A DNA stretch of 64,000 nucleotides, taken from the NCBI GenBank assembly GCA_021738505.1, contig JAIPBW010000002.1:5231-69230 (forward strand). The letters run 5' to 3'. Position numbers and translations under genes: made by a program. This DNA is from Bacteroidales bacterium. GTDB lineage: Bacteria; Bacteroidota; Bacteroidia; Bacteroidales; PWNQ01. Position 1 is the stretch's first letter. Each line of letters begins with the position of its first letter. Below the pieces are notes generated by a model. The model searched no databases. It saw nothing but the letters and a program-made list of their open reading frames with translations, and was not told the DNA's origin. This document shows, piece by piece, positions 8,203 through 18,913 of this stretch.

Positions 8203-9813
8203 ATGCAAAAACTTCTGTTATTAGGTGATGAGGCGATTGCTCAGGGTGCAATAGATTCCGGTTTATCCGGTATGTTTGCTTATCCGGGAACGCCATCTAC
8301 AGAAATCACCGAATATGTGCAAGGGTCTGCTGAAGCCAAAGAAAAAAATATACGTTCCAATTGGTCAGCAAATGAAAAGACAGCCATGGAGGCTGCCCTT
8401 GGAATGTCTTATTCCGGGAAGCGTGCCATGGTAGGCATGAAGCATGTAGGGCTTAACGTAGCAGCGGACGCTTTCGTAAACTCCGCTATTACAGGTGTTA
8501 ATGGTGGGCTGATTGTTGTTTCCGCCGATGATCCTTCGATGCACTCATCTCAAAATGAGCAAGATTCCCGTTTCTATGGTAAGTTTGCCATGATGCCGAT
8601 ATTGGAACCCAGCAACCAGCAGGAAGCCTATGAAATGACCCGTTACGGATTCGAACTGTCCGAAAAATACCAGGTTCCTGTCTTAATGCGCATTACAACG
8701 CGCCTGGCTCATTCACGTGCCGGTGTTGCAAGGAAAGAGCCCTTAAGTCAAAATGAATTAAAACTTCCCAAGGATAGAAATCAATTTGTTTTGCTTCCGG
8801 CAATAGCTAGAAAACGCTATAGCGGGCTTTTAAGTAATCAGGCGGCTTTTGAAATGGAGTCCGAGAAGTCCGAGTTTAATAAATACATTGATGGTGAAGA
8901 TAAAAGCATGGGAATTATTGCCTGCGGATTGGCATATAATTACCTTGTGGAAAACTTCGAAGATGACAAAGTGCCTTATCCGGTCTTGCGTCTTGCTCAA
9001 TACCCAGAGCCTCGCGATATGATTGAGCGAATGGTGAAAGAAACCGATTCCATTATGGTTTTGGAAGAAGGTGCTCCCATACTGGAAGAGCGGCTTCGCG
9101 GATACATCGATGAACATTTGAATATCAAAGGGCGCATGGACGGGACTTTACCAAGAGCCGGAGAGCTTAATCCCAATCATGTAGCTGTAGCTTTAGGACT
9201 GGAAAAGCCGCGCGAAAATAAAGTTCCTGAGATTGTGGCCGGCAGACCACCGGAATTATGTGCCGGATGTCCGCATATTGATACTTACAAAGCTCTTAAT
9301 GAGGTGTTAGAGGATTATGGCGATGGTCATGTGTTTTCTGATATAGGATGCTATACGCTTGGTGCCCTCGATCCTTACAATGCAATTAACTCTTGTGTGG
9401 ATATGGGAGCTTCCGTTACTATGGCTAAAGGTGCCGCTGACGCCGGATTGCATCCGGCTGTTACCGTTATCGGGGACTCAACGTTCACACACTCCGGAAT
9501 GACCGGATTGCTTGATGCGGTTATTGATGAAAGTAAAGTTACTATCATGATCCTGGATAATGATACCACAGCCATGACAGGTGGACAATCTTCATCAGCA
9601 AAAGGACGCATAGAAAGTATTTGTGAGGGGATTGGAGTTGAGCCGGAACACATACGGGTGATTAAACCCATCAAAAAACACCATGAAGAAAATGTACAGA
9701 TTATGCGTGAAGAGATGGAGTACGATGGTGTTTCTGTTATTATTCCCCGCAGGGAATGTATTGTTGCGCTTAACAAACGCATGAGAGCAAAACATAAAAA
9801 CAAAAAGAAATAA
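8203..9813 (+). CDS. iorA: Indolepyruvate:ferredoxin oxidoreductase, alpha (TPP-binding) subunit
   Basis: LLLGDEAIAQGAIDSGL...YPGTPSTEI, the CAGCPH motif and the TPP-binding GDSTFTHSG support the call. An IorB-like gene follows. Confidence 0.85.
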   Translation: MQKLLLLGDEAIAQGAIDSGLSGMFAYPGTPSTEITEYVQGSAEAKEKNIRSNWSANEKTAMEAALGMSYSGKRAMVGMKHVGLNVAADAFVNSAITGVNGGLIVVSADDPSMHSSQNEQDSRFYGKFAMMPILEPSNQQEAYEMTRYGFELSEKYQVPVLMRITTRLAHSRAGVARKEPLSQNELKLPKDRNQFVLLPAIARKRYSGLLSNQAAFEMESEKSEFNKYIDGEDKSMGIIACGLAYNYLVENFEDDKVPYPVLRLAQYPEPRDMIERMVKETDSIMVLEEGAPILEERLRGYIDEHLNIKGRMDGTLPRAGELNPNHVAVALGLEKPRENKVPEIVAGRPPELCAGCPHIDTYKALNEVLEDYGDGHVFSDIGCYTLGALDPYNAINSCVDMGASVTMAKGAADAGLHPAVTVIGDSTFTHSGMTGLLDAVIDESKVTIMILDNDTTAMTGGQSSSAKGRIESICEGIGVEPEHIRVIKPIKKHHEENVQIMREEMEYDGVSVIIPRRECIVALNKRMRAKHKNKKK

Positions 9814-9912
9814 AACTACTCGGTAAATTCAATAAATGAATCCTGTGTGATGAGTATGTTAACAATACTGCATAAAAGCATCCACAGCACCGATTAATAA
9901 AAACTTAAAGTT

Positions 9913-10494
9913 ATGAAGAAAGATATCATATTAGCCGGAGTAGGAGGACAAGGGATATTATCAATCGCTGCAACCATTGGTACGGCTGCGGTTGAGAAAA
10001 ACCTTTATCTGAAACAAGCTGAAGTTCACGGGATGAGCCAACGTGGAGGTGATGTACATTCAAATCTTCGCTTGTCCGATAAGCCGATTGCTTCTGATCT
10101 TATTCCTATGGGTAAAGCCGATTTGATTATTTCTGTTGAACCAATGGAATCCTTGCGCTATCTTAATGTTCTCAGCGATGATGGCTGGTTGATTACCAAT
10201 ACAACACCGTTCAACAATATTCCCAATTATCCGGATATGGACGATTTAAAAGCGGAGATAAGCAAACTACCCCAACATATTGCGCTTGATGCCGATCAAA
10301 TGGCTAAAGACATTGGCGTGAAAAAAGCTGCCAATATTGTTGTTCTTGGTGCCGCATCTCCATTCCTGGATATCGAATATGAAGCCCTGGAAAATGCTAT
10401 CAGAGCAATCTTTAAAAATAAAGGTCAGGAAGTGATAGATGTAAATCTGGAAGCTTTAAAAGCCGGCCGTGATTATGCCGAAAAGAATAAATAA
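9913..10494 (+). CDS. iorB: Indolepyruvate oxidoreductase, beta subunit
   Basis: DIILAGVGGQGILSIA...HGMSQRGG is the gamma-domain signature of 2-oxoacid:ferredoxin oxidoreductases. Confidence 0.85.
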   Translation: MKKDIILAGVGGQGILSIAATIGTAAVEKNLYLKQAEVHGMSQRGGDVHSNLRLSDKPIASDLIPMGKADLIISVEPMESLRYLNVLSDDGWLITNTTPFNNIPNYPDMDDLKAEISKLPQHIALDADQMAKDIGVKKAANIVVLGAASPFLDIEYEALENAIRAIFKNKGQEVIDVNLEALKAGRDYAEKNK

Positions 10495-10515
10495 TCCTTC
10501 TTAAAAAGAAAGTAA

Positions 10516-10547
10516 AAGCCGTTTCATATTTCTGGAACGGCTTTTTT
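10516..10547 (+). terminator. Rho-independent terminator of iorAB
   Basis: AAGCCGTT pairs with AACGGCTT and is followed by TTTTTT. Confidence 0.7.
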
Positions 10548-10747
10548 CGTTTAGCAAAAGTATATGTCAGCTTATAATGTCTTATTTATGGTTATTCCAA
10601 TGACTGAAATAATTAGCCAGAGCAAATGACAGAGTCATAAAATGAACGAGGTAAAAATACATAATCATCTAAAATAAAGACAGATACAGGAAAGGGCATA
10701 AGCGAATGAATATTTGTTTCATAGGGTGATAACCCTGCGCTTTTTTG

Positions 10748-10755
10748 TACTTTTG
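10748..10755 (+). promoter_or_regulatory. -7 box for rlmD
   Basis: TACTTTTG lies 21 nt before the ATG at 10777, inside the ORF-track extension. Confidence 0.4.
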
Positions 10756-10776
10756 TTTTGTTTAAAAGAAAGTATC

Positions 10777-12189
10777 ATGGGACGTAACAGAAACCGGAAA
10801 CCCTATCTGGAAGAAGTGGAAATAACAGACTTCGGTGCTGAAGGTAAAGCGCTGGGTAAAGTCGATGAAAAAGTTGTATTTGTGCCTTTTACAGCACCGG
10901 GAGATATTGTAGATGTGCAGGTGAGTAAAAAGCGCAAAAATTTTATGGTGGGACGGGCAGAAAAATTCCACCGTTATTCTGAATTGCGCACAGAACCTTT
11001 TTGTAAACATTTTGGGGTTTGTGGCGGTTGCAAATGGCAACATGTGCCCTATGATAAACAATTGGAATTTAAGCAACAACAAGTGACAGACCAATTAACA
11101 CGAATTGGACATCTGGACATCCCGGAAGTTTCTCCAATATTGGGTTCCGACAAAACCCAATACTACCGGAATAAGCTGGAATTTACCTTTTCGAATATGA
11201 AATGGATTACGGATTACAGGGATGATATGGATTTCGACCAGATGAATATGAATGGGTTGGGTTTTCATCCACCCGGAATGTTTGACCGCATCCTGGATCT
11301 GGAAGAGTGCTATTTACAACCGGATCTGTCGAATGTCATCCGTAAGCGAGTCAAAGAACTTGCAGAGCTTAACGGCTATTCCTTTTATAACGCACGCAAA
11401 AAAGAAGGATTATTGCGTAATGTATTGATCCGCAATAATGAAAACGACCAATGGATGGTCGTGCTGATCCTGAACTCGGACAACAGGCAAGCTTTAGAAA
11501 ACATTCTGAAACCATTAAAGCAGGAGATACCCCGGATCACTTCAACGATGTATATCGTGAATAATAAACTGAATGACAGTCTTGATGGTTTGCAGGCCAA
11601 GCCGTTTGAGGGAGAAACCTATCTTACAGAGAAGCTGGAGGATTTAATATTTAAAGTAGGGCCGCTTTCCTTTTTTCAGACAAATACTGGTCAGGCTTTA
11701 AATATGTATCGCAAAGTCAGGTTATTTGCTGATATCCAACAGGATGATATTGTTTACGATCTTTATACCGGAACCGGTAGTATTGCTTTATTTGTAGCAG
11801 AGCAGGCCCGTAAAGTCGTTGGTATTGAATATGTTACCGAAGCCATTCATGATGCTAATGTGAACAAAGAATGGAACAAGGTTGAAAATGCGGAATTCTT
11901 TGCCGGAGATATGGTTGAAGTGTTGAGTGATGATTTTATTGCAGAGCAGGGCACACCAGATGTTATCATTGCTGATCCTCCGCGTGCCGGCATGCACAAA
12001 GATGTAATTTCTCAGATGTTAAAAATAGCTCCCCGCAGAATTGTCTATGTGTCCTGTAACCCGGCTACACAAGCCAGAGATGTAGCAATGATGAATGATA
12101 AGTACGAGATTAAAAAAGTGCAACCGGTGGACATGTTTCCACATACGCATCATGTGGAAAATATCTTGTTGCTGGAGCGAATTGATTAA
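10777..12189 (+). CDS. rlmD: 23S rRNA (uracil-C5)-methyltransferase, RlmD/RumA type
   Basis: It has a TRAM-like N-terminus, the Fe-S cysteine cluster CKHFGVCGGCKWQ, the SAM motif DLYTGTGSIAL and the catalytic YVSCNPAT. Confidence 0.85.
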   Translation: MGRNRNRKPYLEEVEITDFGAEGKALGKVDEKVVFVPFTAPGDIVDVQVSKKRKNFMVGRAEKFHRYSELRTEPFCKHFGVCGGCKWQHVPYDKQLEFKQQQVTDQLTRIGHLDIPEVSPILGSDKTQYYRNKLEFTFSNMKWITDYRDDMDFDQMNMNGLGFHPPGMFDRILDLEECYLQPDLSNVIRKRVKELAELNGYSFYNARKKEGLLRNVLIRNNENDQWMVVLILNSDNRQALENILKPLKQEIPRITSTMYIVNNKLNDSLDGLQAKPFEGETYLTEKLEDLIFKVGPLSFFQTNTGQALNMYRKVRLFADIQQDDIVYDLYTGTGSIALFVAEQARKVVGIEYVTEAIHDANVNKEWNKVENAEFFAGDMVEVLSDDFIAEQGTPDVIIADPPRAGMHKDVISQMLKIAPRRIVYVSCNPATQARDVAMMNDKYEIKKVQPVDMFPHTHHVENILLLERID

Positions 12190-12207
12190 ATAATTGTAGG
12201 TCAAATT

Positions 12208-13383
12208 TTAAGACTCTTTACCAGAAGGATTTTCAATAATCCGGACAAGCTTGTGGGTACATGCCTTCCAGTCGAAATTACGACTAACAAAATTCCGGGC
12301 ATATTCCCCTGTTTCCCGTCGTTTTTCCTGATCTTTCAGAAGCTGAACAGCTTTGTCAGCATACTCCTGAGCTGACCCGGCAATCTGCAATTCTTTATCT
12401 TTTTCAGCTCCAATAGGCTTCCATGCAGATTCTGAAGTTATGGAGGGCAATTGCATGGCCATAGCTTCCAGAATTTTGTTTTGTAGCCCTGTTCCGATTT
12501 GCATCGGAGCAATAAAAACGTTCGATTGGTTGTAAACCTCTCTGATGTCATTCACCCAGCCGGTTACAACGATGTTTTTGCCGGCAAGCTGACGTATCGC
12601 CTTATCCGGAGATGCTCCGGCGAGAACCAGAGTTGTTTCAGGAGCCTGATTCCAAATTAAAGGCATTACTTCTTTAGCCAGGTAAACAGCCGTATGGACA
12701 TTGGGAAGATAGGACATATTCCCGCTGAAGATTAGTTCATACTTCTTTTCAACTTTCGGATCAGCCTGAAAAAAATCGATATCCACGCCATTTCTGACCA
12801 CGTGCAAGTCAGGCATATTAAGGTGCTCGCGGTCACTTTCCGAAATTATTGTATGATGATCAAACCAGGAATAAATGGTTTTTTCATATTTTTTGACTCT
12901 ATTGTATTCTATGGCCAGCAACATTTTCTTTAAACCACGGGTTGCTTTCATTCGTTTTTTCATGCTAACAGAAAAGGCATCCTGATAGTCGATTGTTTTG
13001 GGGATATGAATGTTTTTTAGCATTTCAGCCGTACGAAATAACTGGCAATAAATATGATCAATAGATTTTTGTTTAACCTTTTTGCGGATTAGTTTTTGTG
13101 CTTTAGCTGAATAAAAATATCCGGTTTGCAGGGGTTTTCCTGCGATAAAAAAACGAAAAGTATGCCATGCACGGCATATCTTGTTTTGTCTGAAAAAGTA
13201 GATTTCGCTGCAATAGGGCTTTAGCGTATTATATGCTTCGCTACTGATTTCCTTTGAGTTTCCTGATGCCAGTAGTACAATGTCAAAATGTTCTGCCAAT
13301 ACTTTGATTTGGTGAAAAGCACGAAGCTTATCACCCTTTTCAAGCGGATAGGGGATACGTGGCAACAAGATTAATAATTTCAC
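12208..13383 (-). CDS. Glycosyltransferase, GT-B fold (group 1 / GT4-like)
   Basis: The N-terminus is PRIPYPLEKGDKLR. The C-terminal FIAPMQIGTGLQNKILEAMA is an E(x7)E-type region. Confidence 0.75.
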   Translation of the reverse strand: MKLLILLPRIPYPLEKGDKLRAFHQIKVLAEHFDIVLLASGNSKEISSEAYNTLKPYCSEIYFFRQNKICRAWHTFRFFIAGKPLQTGYFYSAKAQKLIRKKVKQKSIDHIYCQLFRTAEMLKNIHIPKTIDYQDAFSVSMKKRMKATRGLKKMLLAIEYNRVKKYEKTIYSWFDHHTIISESDREHLNMPDLHVVRNGVDIDFFQADPKVEKKYELIFSGNMSYLPNVHTAVYLAKEVMPLIWNQAPETTLVLAGASPDKAIRQLAGKNIVVTGWVNDIREVYNQSNVFIAPMQIGTGLQNKILEAMAMQLPSITSESAWKPIGAEKDKELQIAGSAQEYADKAVQLLKDQEKRRETGEYARNFVSRNFDWKACTHKLVRIIENPSGKES

Positions 13384-13675
13384 AGCAATGGTTTTAGCCT
13401 GAACCGGTCAGGGATGTTTTTTAACATTTTATATTTTGGCACGAATACATATGCCATTCCATTTTTGCGATGTAAAATTACTTTAAAATTTTTGAACCGG
13501 ACATGTTTTATCGCAACTCACATGAAAGAATAAAGACGAGGAGTCGAGTTCCTGTCTTTATAATTTATGTCTTAAAGCAATACAACAACAAAAGTCGGTC
13601 GATGTTAGGCATTCGGCAGTTTGTTCCAAGCCTGAAAAATATTTCAAATTCCATTCGAAAAGCTAAGAATGCAGG

Positions 13676-14884
13676 TTATCCATTAGCTTCGGTGAGCTCC
13701 TGATAAAATTCTGTTAACTTTTTGGCGTTGTCTTTCAGGTTGTAATGCTCTTTAACAAGTTGAGCGGCATTTTCTCCGATTTTATCGGCTTCAGCGGGAT
13801 TATCCATGCAATATTGTATTTGTCTTTTGAATGCATCTTTATCGTCTGCAACCAGCAAATGCTCTCCATCAGTAGCATCGATACCTTCAGCACCTATAGA
13901 TGTTGTAATGACAATATTTTTATTAAGCATCCCTTCCAGAATTTTGATCCGGATGCCGGAACCGGAAAATAACGGAACGATCATCATATTTTTCGACTGC
14001 ATGTATTTATAGGCATTTTCCACTTCGCCGTCTATCGCCAGGCCCGGATCGTTTCTTTTCTGTATCCATTCCGGCATGTTTCTTCCGGCCAGGGAAAACG
14101 TTAAATCAGGAAAGTTCTGATAGATCTCAGGCCAGACCTTATCCAAAAACCATATTATGCCTTCCTGATTGGGCAGCCAGTCCATAGAGCCGATATGAAA
14201 TAAACTGTTTTTTGTTTTTGTGGCTGTGTGATTTTTTACATTGATGGCTTTCAATGCAAAAGGCAGGGTCATAATTTTTGCATCTGTAGTATGTTGTTCA
14301 AAAAATGCACGATCTACATCAGTGATCGGTATAATACCATCATAATCGTTGCTGTGTTTGACTTCATAGTTTTTGAGTTCACCAGCCAAAAGTTTCAGGT
14401 AAACTTTTTTTAGTGGATTGTTTGTGTTTTCGGCATATCGTTGCCAAATCTGATGTTCTATATTGTGTGAACGAAGTACGATCTTTGCATCGCTAAGTTC
14501 CCTTATGTCCTTGATGTAAGGAGTGAGATACAATGTTTCCAGTTGGATGACATCAAATCTCCTTGCTACTAAAGTATTTCTTAGCACATTCCGAAAGTCT
14601 TTGCTTTCAAAGCGTCGAACGATATAACTATGTTTGGAAAACAGGTGCCAAAACGCCTTAAGTGGACGAATACGCAAATCAACCTCACCAAGAGCAATAC
14701 CGGTTTGGTATTTGTAATCTTCCGGTATATCTTCCAGTCTCACCGTATATTTATGGGTATTCATGGCAATAACCTTCACTATATGTCCTTCCATAAGCAG
14801 ACTTTGAGTGACTGCATTCATTGCTATCGACCCACCTTCTTTCGGGGGCCAGGGTGATTTATTACATAATTGCAGGATACGCAT
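13676..14884 (-). CDS. Glycosyltransferase, group 1
   Basis: The N-terminus is SPWPPKEGGSIAM. The C-terminal region is MMIVPLFSGSGIRIKILEGM. The ATG overlaps the upstream stop by 1 nt (TAATG). Confidence 0.75.
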   Translation of the reverse strand: MRILQLCNKSPWPPKEGGSIAMNAVTQSLLMEGHIVKVIAMNTHKYTVRLEDIPEDYKYQTGIALGEVDLRIRPLKAFWHLFSKHSYIVRRFESKDFRNVLRNTLVARRFDVIQLETLYLTPYIKDIRELSDAKIVLRSHNIEHQIWQRYAENTNNPLKKVYLKLLAGELKNYEVKHSNDYDGIIPITDVDRAFFEQHTTDAKIMTLPFALKAINVKNHTATKTKNSLFHIGSMDWLPNQEGIIWFLDKVWPEIYQNFPDLTFSLAGRNMPEWIQKRNDPGLAIDGEVENAYKYMQSKNMMIVPLFSGSGIRIKILEGMLNKNIVITTSIGAEGIDATDGEHLLVADDKDAFKRQIQYCMDNPAEADKIGENAAQLVKEHYNLKDNAKKLTEFYQELTEANG

Positions 14885-16617
14885 TAATGTTGTTTTATAG
14901 TGGATTTGATTTTTTTGAATATGCGCTGATAGGTGTCAGAATGTAAAAAGGGAGCATCTGTTGTAGCTTTTAAAGTAAGAAATATTCCAAGGGGTAATAA
15001 TGCGATGGCTGACATCCACATACCCCAAAATGGCTCTATAACTCCTTCGCGGATAAATTTTTCGCCTGTGATGGAAACGACATGATATACTACAAAAAGG
15101 AGAACAGAAACTACGACCGGGAAGCCAAATCCACCTTTACGGATTATAGCTCCTAAAGGGGCTCCAATAAAAAATAGGACGATACAGGCAAAAGGCAAGG
15201 TGAATTTTCGGTGCCACTCAATATCATGGCGCCGAAGAAGCTCTGCCTTCTTGTCCAGTACATTATCAGTATAGTCTATGTTGTTGATGATATTTCTGAC
15301 ATTGTTGACTGCATTCCTGATAATGATTTTTTGTTCTTTGTTTTTGAAATTGACCAGAAGGTTAGGGTTTAAGTTCGTTTCATTACTGATGAGCGTAGGA
15401 AAGTTAGGATCATTTTCCATAAGAGAGTCCATGTTTAACTCATTTTCTTGTGCTATATTCTTAAGCTCATTAACAGTATATCCGTGGACGCCTGCCCTGG
15501 AGACAGGATTTAATTTCTTGTTTTCTGAAGTATCTTTTTTTGTCTTTTCTTGTCTTTGTGTTTGCGATCGTTTTTGGATAAACACATCTTCTCTGTTTCT
15601 TAGTGAAACTTTGGACGGTTTGTTTTTTGAAGATGAAATGGCAGATGAGAATATAGTAGATAGTTGTGAGTAAGAGATGTCAGAAGAGTCACTATTGGAT
15701 TGGGGTTGCCGGGATGCTATTTGATAATTAGTGAATTTATCTTTGTAGCTATCCTTAAATTTCTGTTTTCGTTCGTAGATCTTTTCTTTAATGGAATCCC
15801 GGGATTTGTCAAGCTGATTGATGTTCATCATCTCGTAATGGTTCTTGTAAAATTGCTCATTGGTTTGTTCAAATGAGAAAGAGGACAAGTCTATTCTTCT
15901 GATTTCTTCACTAAATTCAGTAATCTGCAGAGGCCTTGAAAATTTATCCTCACGATTACGGATGCGTTCCAAATAATTTTTTCCGTTGAACAATCTGAAA
16001 ATCAAAAATCGCTTGTCTTTTGTAACTTGCATTGTTCCCGAGTCTGCCTTGGTAACACTAACGTTGCCTTGCTTTTTACTATGATCATAAATAACAATAT
16101 CCTCTATTGTTTTTCCGTCATCGCCTTTTTCATTAATTTTTATGGTGTAATTCTCTATTTCGTCATAGAATATACCCGGTTGAATAGAAACAGCGGGTTT
16201 TTGCTTTCTCACATCATGCAATAAAAGGCGCATTTTTAAATTCGCCACCGGCATAATGTTATTGGAGAACACAAAAGCAATGATGCTTAAAAACGTAATA
16301 AAGACAACCATGGGCTTAATAGCCGATTTTATGGAAATACCGGCCGATTTCATGGCGACCAGTTCATAACGTTCGCCAAGATTTCCAAAAGCCATTAATG
16401 AGGATAACAACACGGCCAGGGGCAAAGCCAGAGGAACAAATGTGGAAGAAGCGTAGAACAACAAACGGGCAATGATATGCCATTCAAAGCCCTTGCCTAC
16501 AAGGTCATCTATATATTTCCACAGAAACTGCATTAACAGGATAAACAGCGCTATAAAAAATGTAGCGATGAAAGGGCCAATGTACGATCTGATGATATAT
16601 GAATATAACTTCTTCAA
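14884..16617 (-). CDS. LptF/LptG-family permease (YjgP/YjgQ) with an enlarged periplasmic region
   Basis: It has three N-terminal and three C-terminal TM segments in the YjgP/YjgQ arrangement, with an extra S/N/K-rich insert between them. Confidence 0.7.
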   Translation of the reverse strand: MKKLYSYIIRSYIGPFIATFFIALFILLMQFLWKYIDDLVGKGFEWHIIARLLFYASSTFVPLALPLAVLLSSLMAFGNLGERYELVAMKSAGISIKSAIKPMVVFITFLSIIAFVFSNNIMPVANLKMRLLLHDVRKQKPAVSIQPGIFYDEIENYTIKINEKGDDGKTIEDIVIYDHSKKQGNVSVTKADSGTMQVTKDKRFLIFRLFNGKNYLERIRNREDKFSRPLQITEFSEEIRRIDLSSFSFEQTNEQFYKNHYEMMNINQLDKSRDSIKEKIYERKQKFKDSYKDKFTNYQIASRQPQSNSDSSDISYSQLSTIFSSAISSSKNKPSKVSLRNREDVFIQKRSQTQRQEKTKKDTSENKKLNPVSRAGVHGYTVNELKNIAQENELNMDSLMENDPNFPTLISNETNLNPNLLVNFKNKEQKIIIRNAVNNVRNIINNIDYTDNVLDKKAELLRRHDIEWHRKFTLPFACIVLFFIGAPLGAIIRKGGFGFPVVVSVLLFVVYHVVSITGEKFIREGVIEPFWGMWMSAIALLPLGIFLTLKATTDAPFLHSDTYQRIFKKIKSTIKQH

Positions 16618-17068
16618 AAATTCTCTTTTTTTAGGTCAGCAAAGTTAGCGTTTTTTAATAACGATTGATCAGAGAATTTATGTTATTCCTGCAGTATTTC
16701 TAAATCAGATGACCTTTGTAAATTCGTATTTACTGCATATGGACTGTTTACTTACGCCCGGAGCAAAAAAATGAACATGGTTTGTTTTAATCAGTTCTAT
16801 AAAAATTCTTGTATTCAAGGATGAATATATAGTAACCAACTGAATATGGGATGTACAAATTCCATTTTGAATTGCCATTCGTTGTCATGATAATTTGTTT
16901 TTTGATATTCTGGAGAAAAATGCTATTTTTGAGCAATTCGTATAATGCAAATAAATAAGGCAACAAGCATGTATTTTGAAAGCATATAAAGTTTGAATGA
17001 AAAGTTAAAACATGTGCGTTCCATCCCTAAAACAGGGGTTAAGTCGTATATTTAAAACACTATAAGTT

Positions 17069-18256
17069 ATGAATTTACATGAATATCAAGGAAAACATAT
17101 TCTGAAATCTTTTAATGTTCCGGTTCCGGAAGGAAGAGTAGTATATAATGCAGAGGCTGCCGTGGAAGTGGCCAGTGAGATAGAAAACAAAACGGGGTTT
17201 AGTAAATGGGCTGTAAAAGCTCAAATTCATGCAGGAGGCCGTGGCAAAGGTGGCGGAGTAAAAATCGCCGAAAGTTTGGAAGATGTGTATACTCACGCGT
17301 CGAATATTATCGGGATGCAACTTATTACCCCACAAACCGGCAAGAAAGGAAAACAGGTAAACAAGCTCTATATTGAGCAAAATGTGTATTACGATGGTCC
17401 TTCGGATATTTTGGAATATTATATGAGTGTTTTGCTAAACAGACAAACCGGACGCCAGATGATTTTGTATTCACCTCGTGGTGGTATGGATATTGAATCG
17501 GTGGCCGAAGAAACTCCGGATCAGATTTTTAAAGAAGAAATAGACCCCAAGATCGGCCTGGCAGATTTTCAATGTCGAAATATTGCCTTTAATTTCGGAC
17601 TTAAAGGGGATGCATTCAAAAATATGATTCGTTTTGTCAAATCGCTTTATGACGCTTTTCTGGGATCCGATGCCAGCTTATTTGAAATAAACCCGGTGAT
17701 CAAAACCTCCGATGACAAGATATTTGCCGCTGACTGCAAGGTGACAGTAGATAACAATGCTTTATTCCGCCATAAAGATATTGCCGAAATGCGCGATCTG
17801 AGCGAAGAAGATCCTATGGAAGTGGAAGCCGGACGATATGGCCTTAACTTTATCAAACTGGATGGAAATGTGGGGTGTATGGTGAATGGAGCCGGTCTGG
17901 CCATGGCTACAATGGATATTATAAAGCAGTCGGGAGGAGAACCGGCGAACTTTCTGGACGTCGGAGGCTCTGCAGATGCCAAACGAGTGGAAGAAGCTTT
18001 TCGCATTATCTTGGATGACAGTAATGTAAAGGCGATTTTGATTAATATCTTTGGCGGTATTGTCCGTTGCGACCGTGTGGCAAATGGTATTGTTGATGCT
18101 TATAAAAATATCGGCGAAATTAATGTTCCGATTATTGTTCGCCTGCAGGGGACAAATGCAGAGTTAGGCAAAGATATTATTGAAAATTCCGGATTGAAAG
18201 TGTATGCGGCGACAAAACTGCAAGATGCAGCAAATCTTGTTCGTGAGATGAAATAA
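17069..18256 (+). CDS. sucC: Succinate--CoA ligase (ADP-forming), beta subunit
   Basis: MNLHEYQGKHILKSFNVPVP...KAQIHAGGRGKGGGVK...NIFGGIVRCD is a canonical SucC pattern. Confidence 0.92.
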   Translation: MNLHEYQGKHILKSFNVPVPEGRVVYNAEAAVEVASEIENKTGFSKWAVKAQIHAGGRGKGGGVKIAESLEDVYTHASNIIGMQLITPQTGKKGKQVNKLYIEQNVYYDGPSDILEYYMSVLLNRQTGRQMILYSPRGGMDIESVAEETPDQIFKEEIDPKIGLADFQCRNIAFNFGLKGDAFKNMIRFVKSLYDAFLGSDASLFEINPVIKTSDDKIFAADCKVTVDNNALFRHKDIAEMRDLSEEDPMEVEAGRYGLNFIKLDGNVGCMVNGAGLAMATMDIIKQSGGEPANFLDVGGSADAKRVEEAFRIILDDSNVKAILINIFGGIVRCDRVANGIVDAYKNIGEINVPIIVRLQGTNAELGKDIIENSGLKVYAATKLQDAANLVREMK

Positions 18257-18312
18257 GGTGAACTTGCATGAAAAGAAATTATTGAAAAAGCCCAGGTTTG
18301 CTCTATTGTTTT

Positions 18313-18909
18313 TTAGGTTTTTTTGGCTGCAAAATCAATAACGGAAGAGTGTCCAAAGTGCATATCTCCTTCATTGATAAGTCTTTCGTGTTTTTTTAGT
18401 TTTTTTATATGAAAATCCTGAAGGTAATTTTCTAACTCTGCAATACTATAAAGCATGGCTTCATTTTTAGGTCCTCCGGTACCATAGCGCAGTTGATCTT
18501 TACTGTATAGTTGGCTGAAAAATATTCCTCCGGGTCGAAGTGTTTGATATATTTTTTTGTACAATGATGCTGTTTGATCGGGAGATAAGTGGACAAAAAT
18601 TAAACTTACAGCATCGAACTCATGTTCCGGATATTCATAATCAAGGATATCTTTATGAATGTAAGTTAACTCTACTTGATTTTCTGTTGCTAATCTTTCT
18701 GCTTTTTCTTTTCCTTTTATGCTAAAATCCACGGCAGTAACTTCCCAGCGGTTTCTGGCGGCAAAAACTGCGTTGCGTCCTTCGCCTTCTCCGGGGAGCA
18801 ATATCTTTCCGGGAGATAATGACCTCAGATACCTGTAGAAAAAGTTATTCGGCTTTTTGCCATATTTATATTTGCTTGCGGCAAACCTTTGATCCCAAAA
18901 TTCTTTCAT
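18313..18909 (-). CDS. Class I SAM-dependent methyltransferase
   Basis: Motif I is ILLPGEGEGRNAVFAA, followed by an acidic loop (AVDFS) and LRPGGIFF. Confidence 0.7.
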   Translation of the reverse strand: MKEFWDQRFAASKYKYGKKPNNFFYRYLRSLSPGKILLPGEGEGRNAVFAARNRWEVTAVDFSIKGKEKAERLATENQVELTYIHKDILDYEYPEHEFDAVSLIFVHLSPDQTASLYKKIYQTLRPGGIFFSQLYSKDQLRYGTGGPKNEAMLYSIAELENYLQDFHIKKLKKHERLINEGDMHFGHSSVIDFAAKKT

Positions 18910-18913
18910 AAAA

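Noticed and set aside
10590-10745. Short hydrophobic minus-strand ORFs (17-26 aa, for example MYFYLVHFMTLSFALANYFSHWNNHK) and the hairpin AGGGT-gata-ACCCT followed by GCGCTTTTTT lie between iorB and rlmD.
   Set aside because: There is no promoter box or conservation evidence. The peptides are too short to evaluate, and the hairpin has only 5 bp.
10714-10776. ORF-track N-terminal extensions (10714, 27813, 47181, 7034, 8208, 6929, 39793, 56051, 51483) could be real coding sequence.
   Set aside because: The extensions are hydrophobic or low-complexity, and they contain promoter boxes or terminators of the neighbouring genes. The family-typical N-terminus begins at an internal ATG.
17069-18256. 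sucC is not followed by sucD.
   Set aside because: As far as I recall, unlinked sucC and sucD genes occur in several Bacteroidota, and nothing in the sequence suggests a truncated operon. This cannot be assessed from one window.
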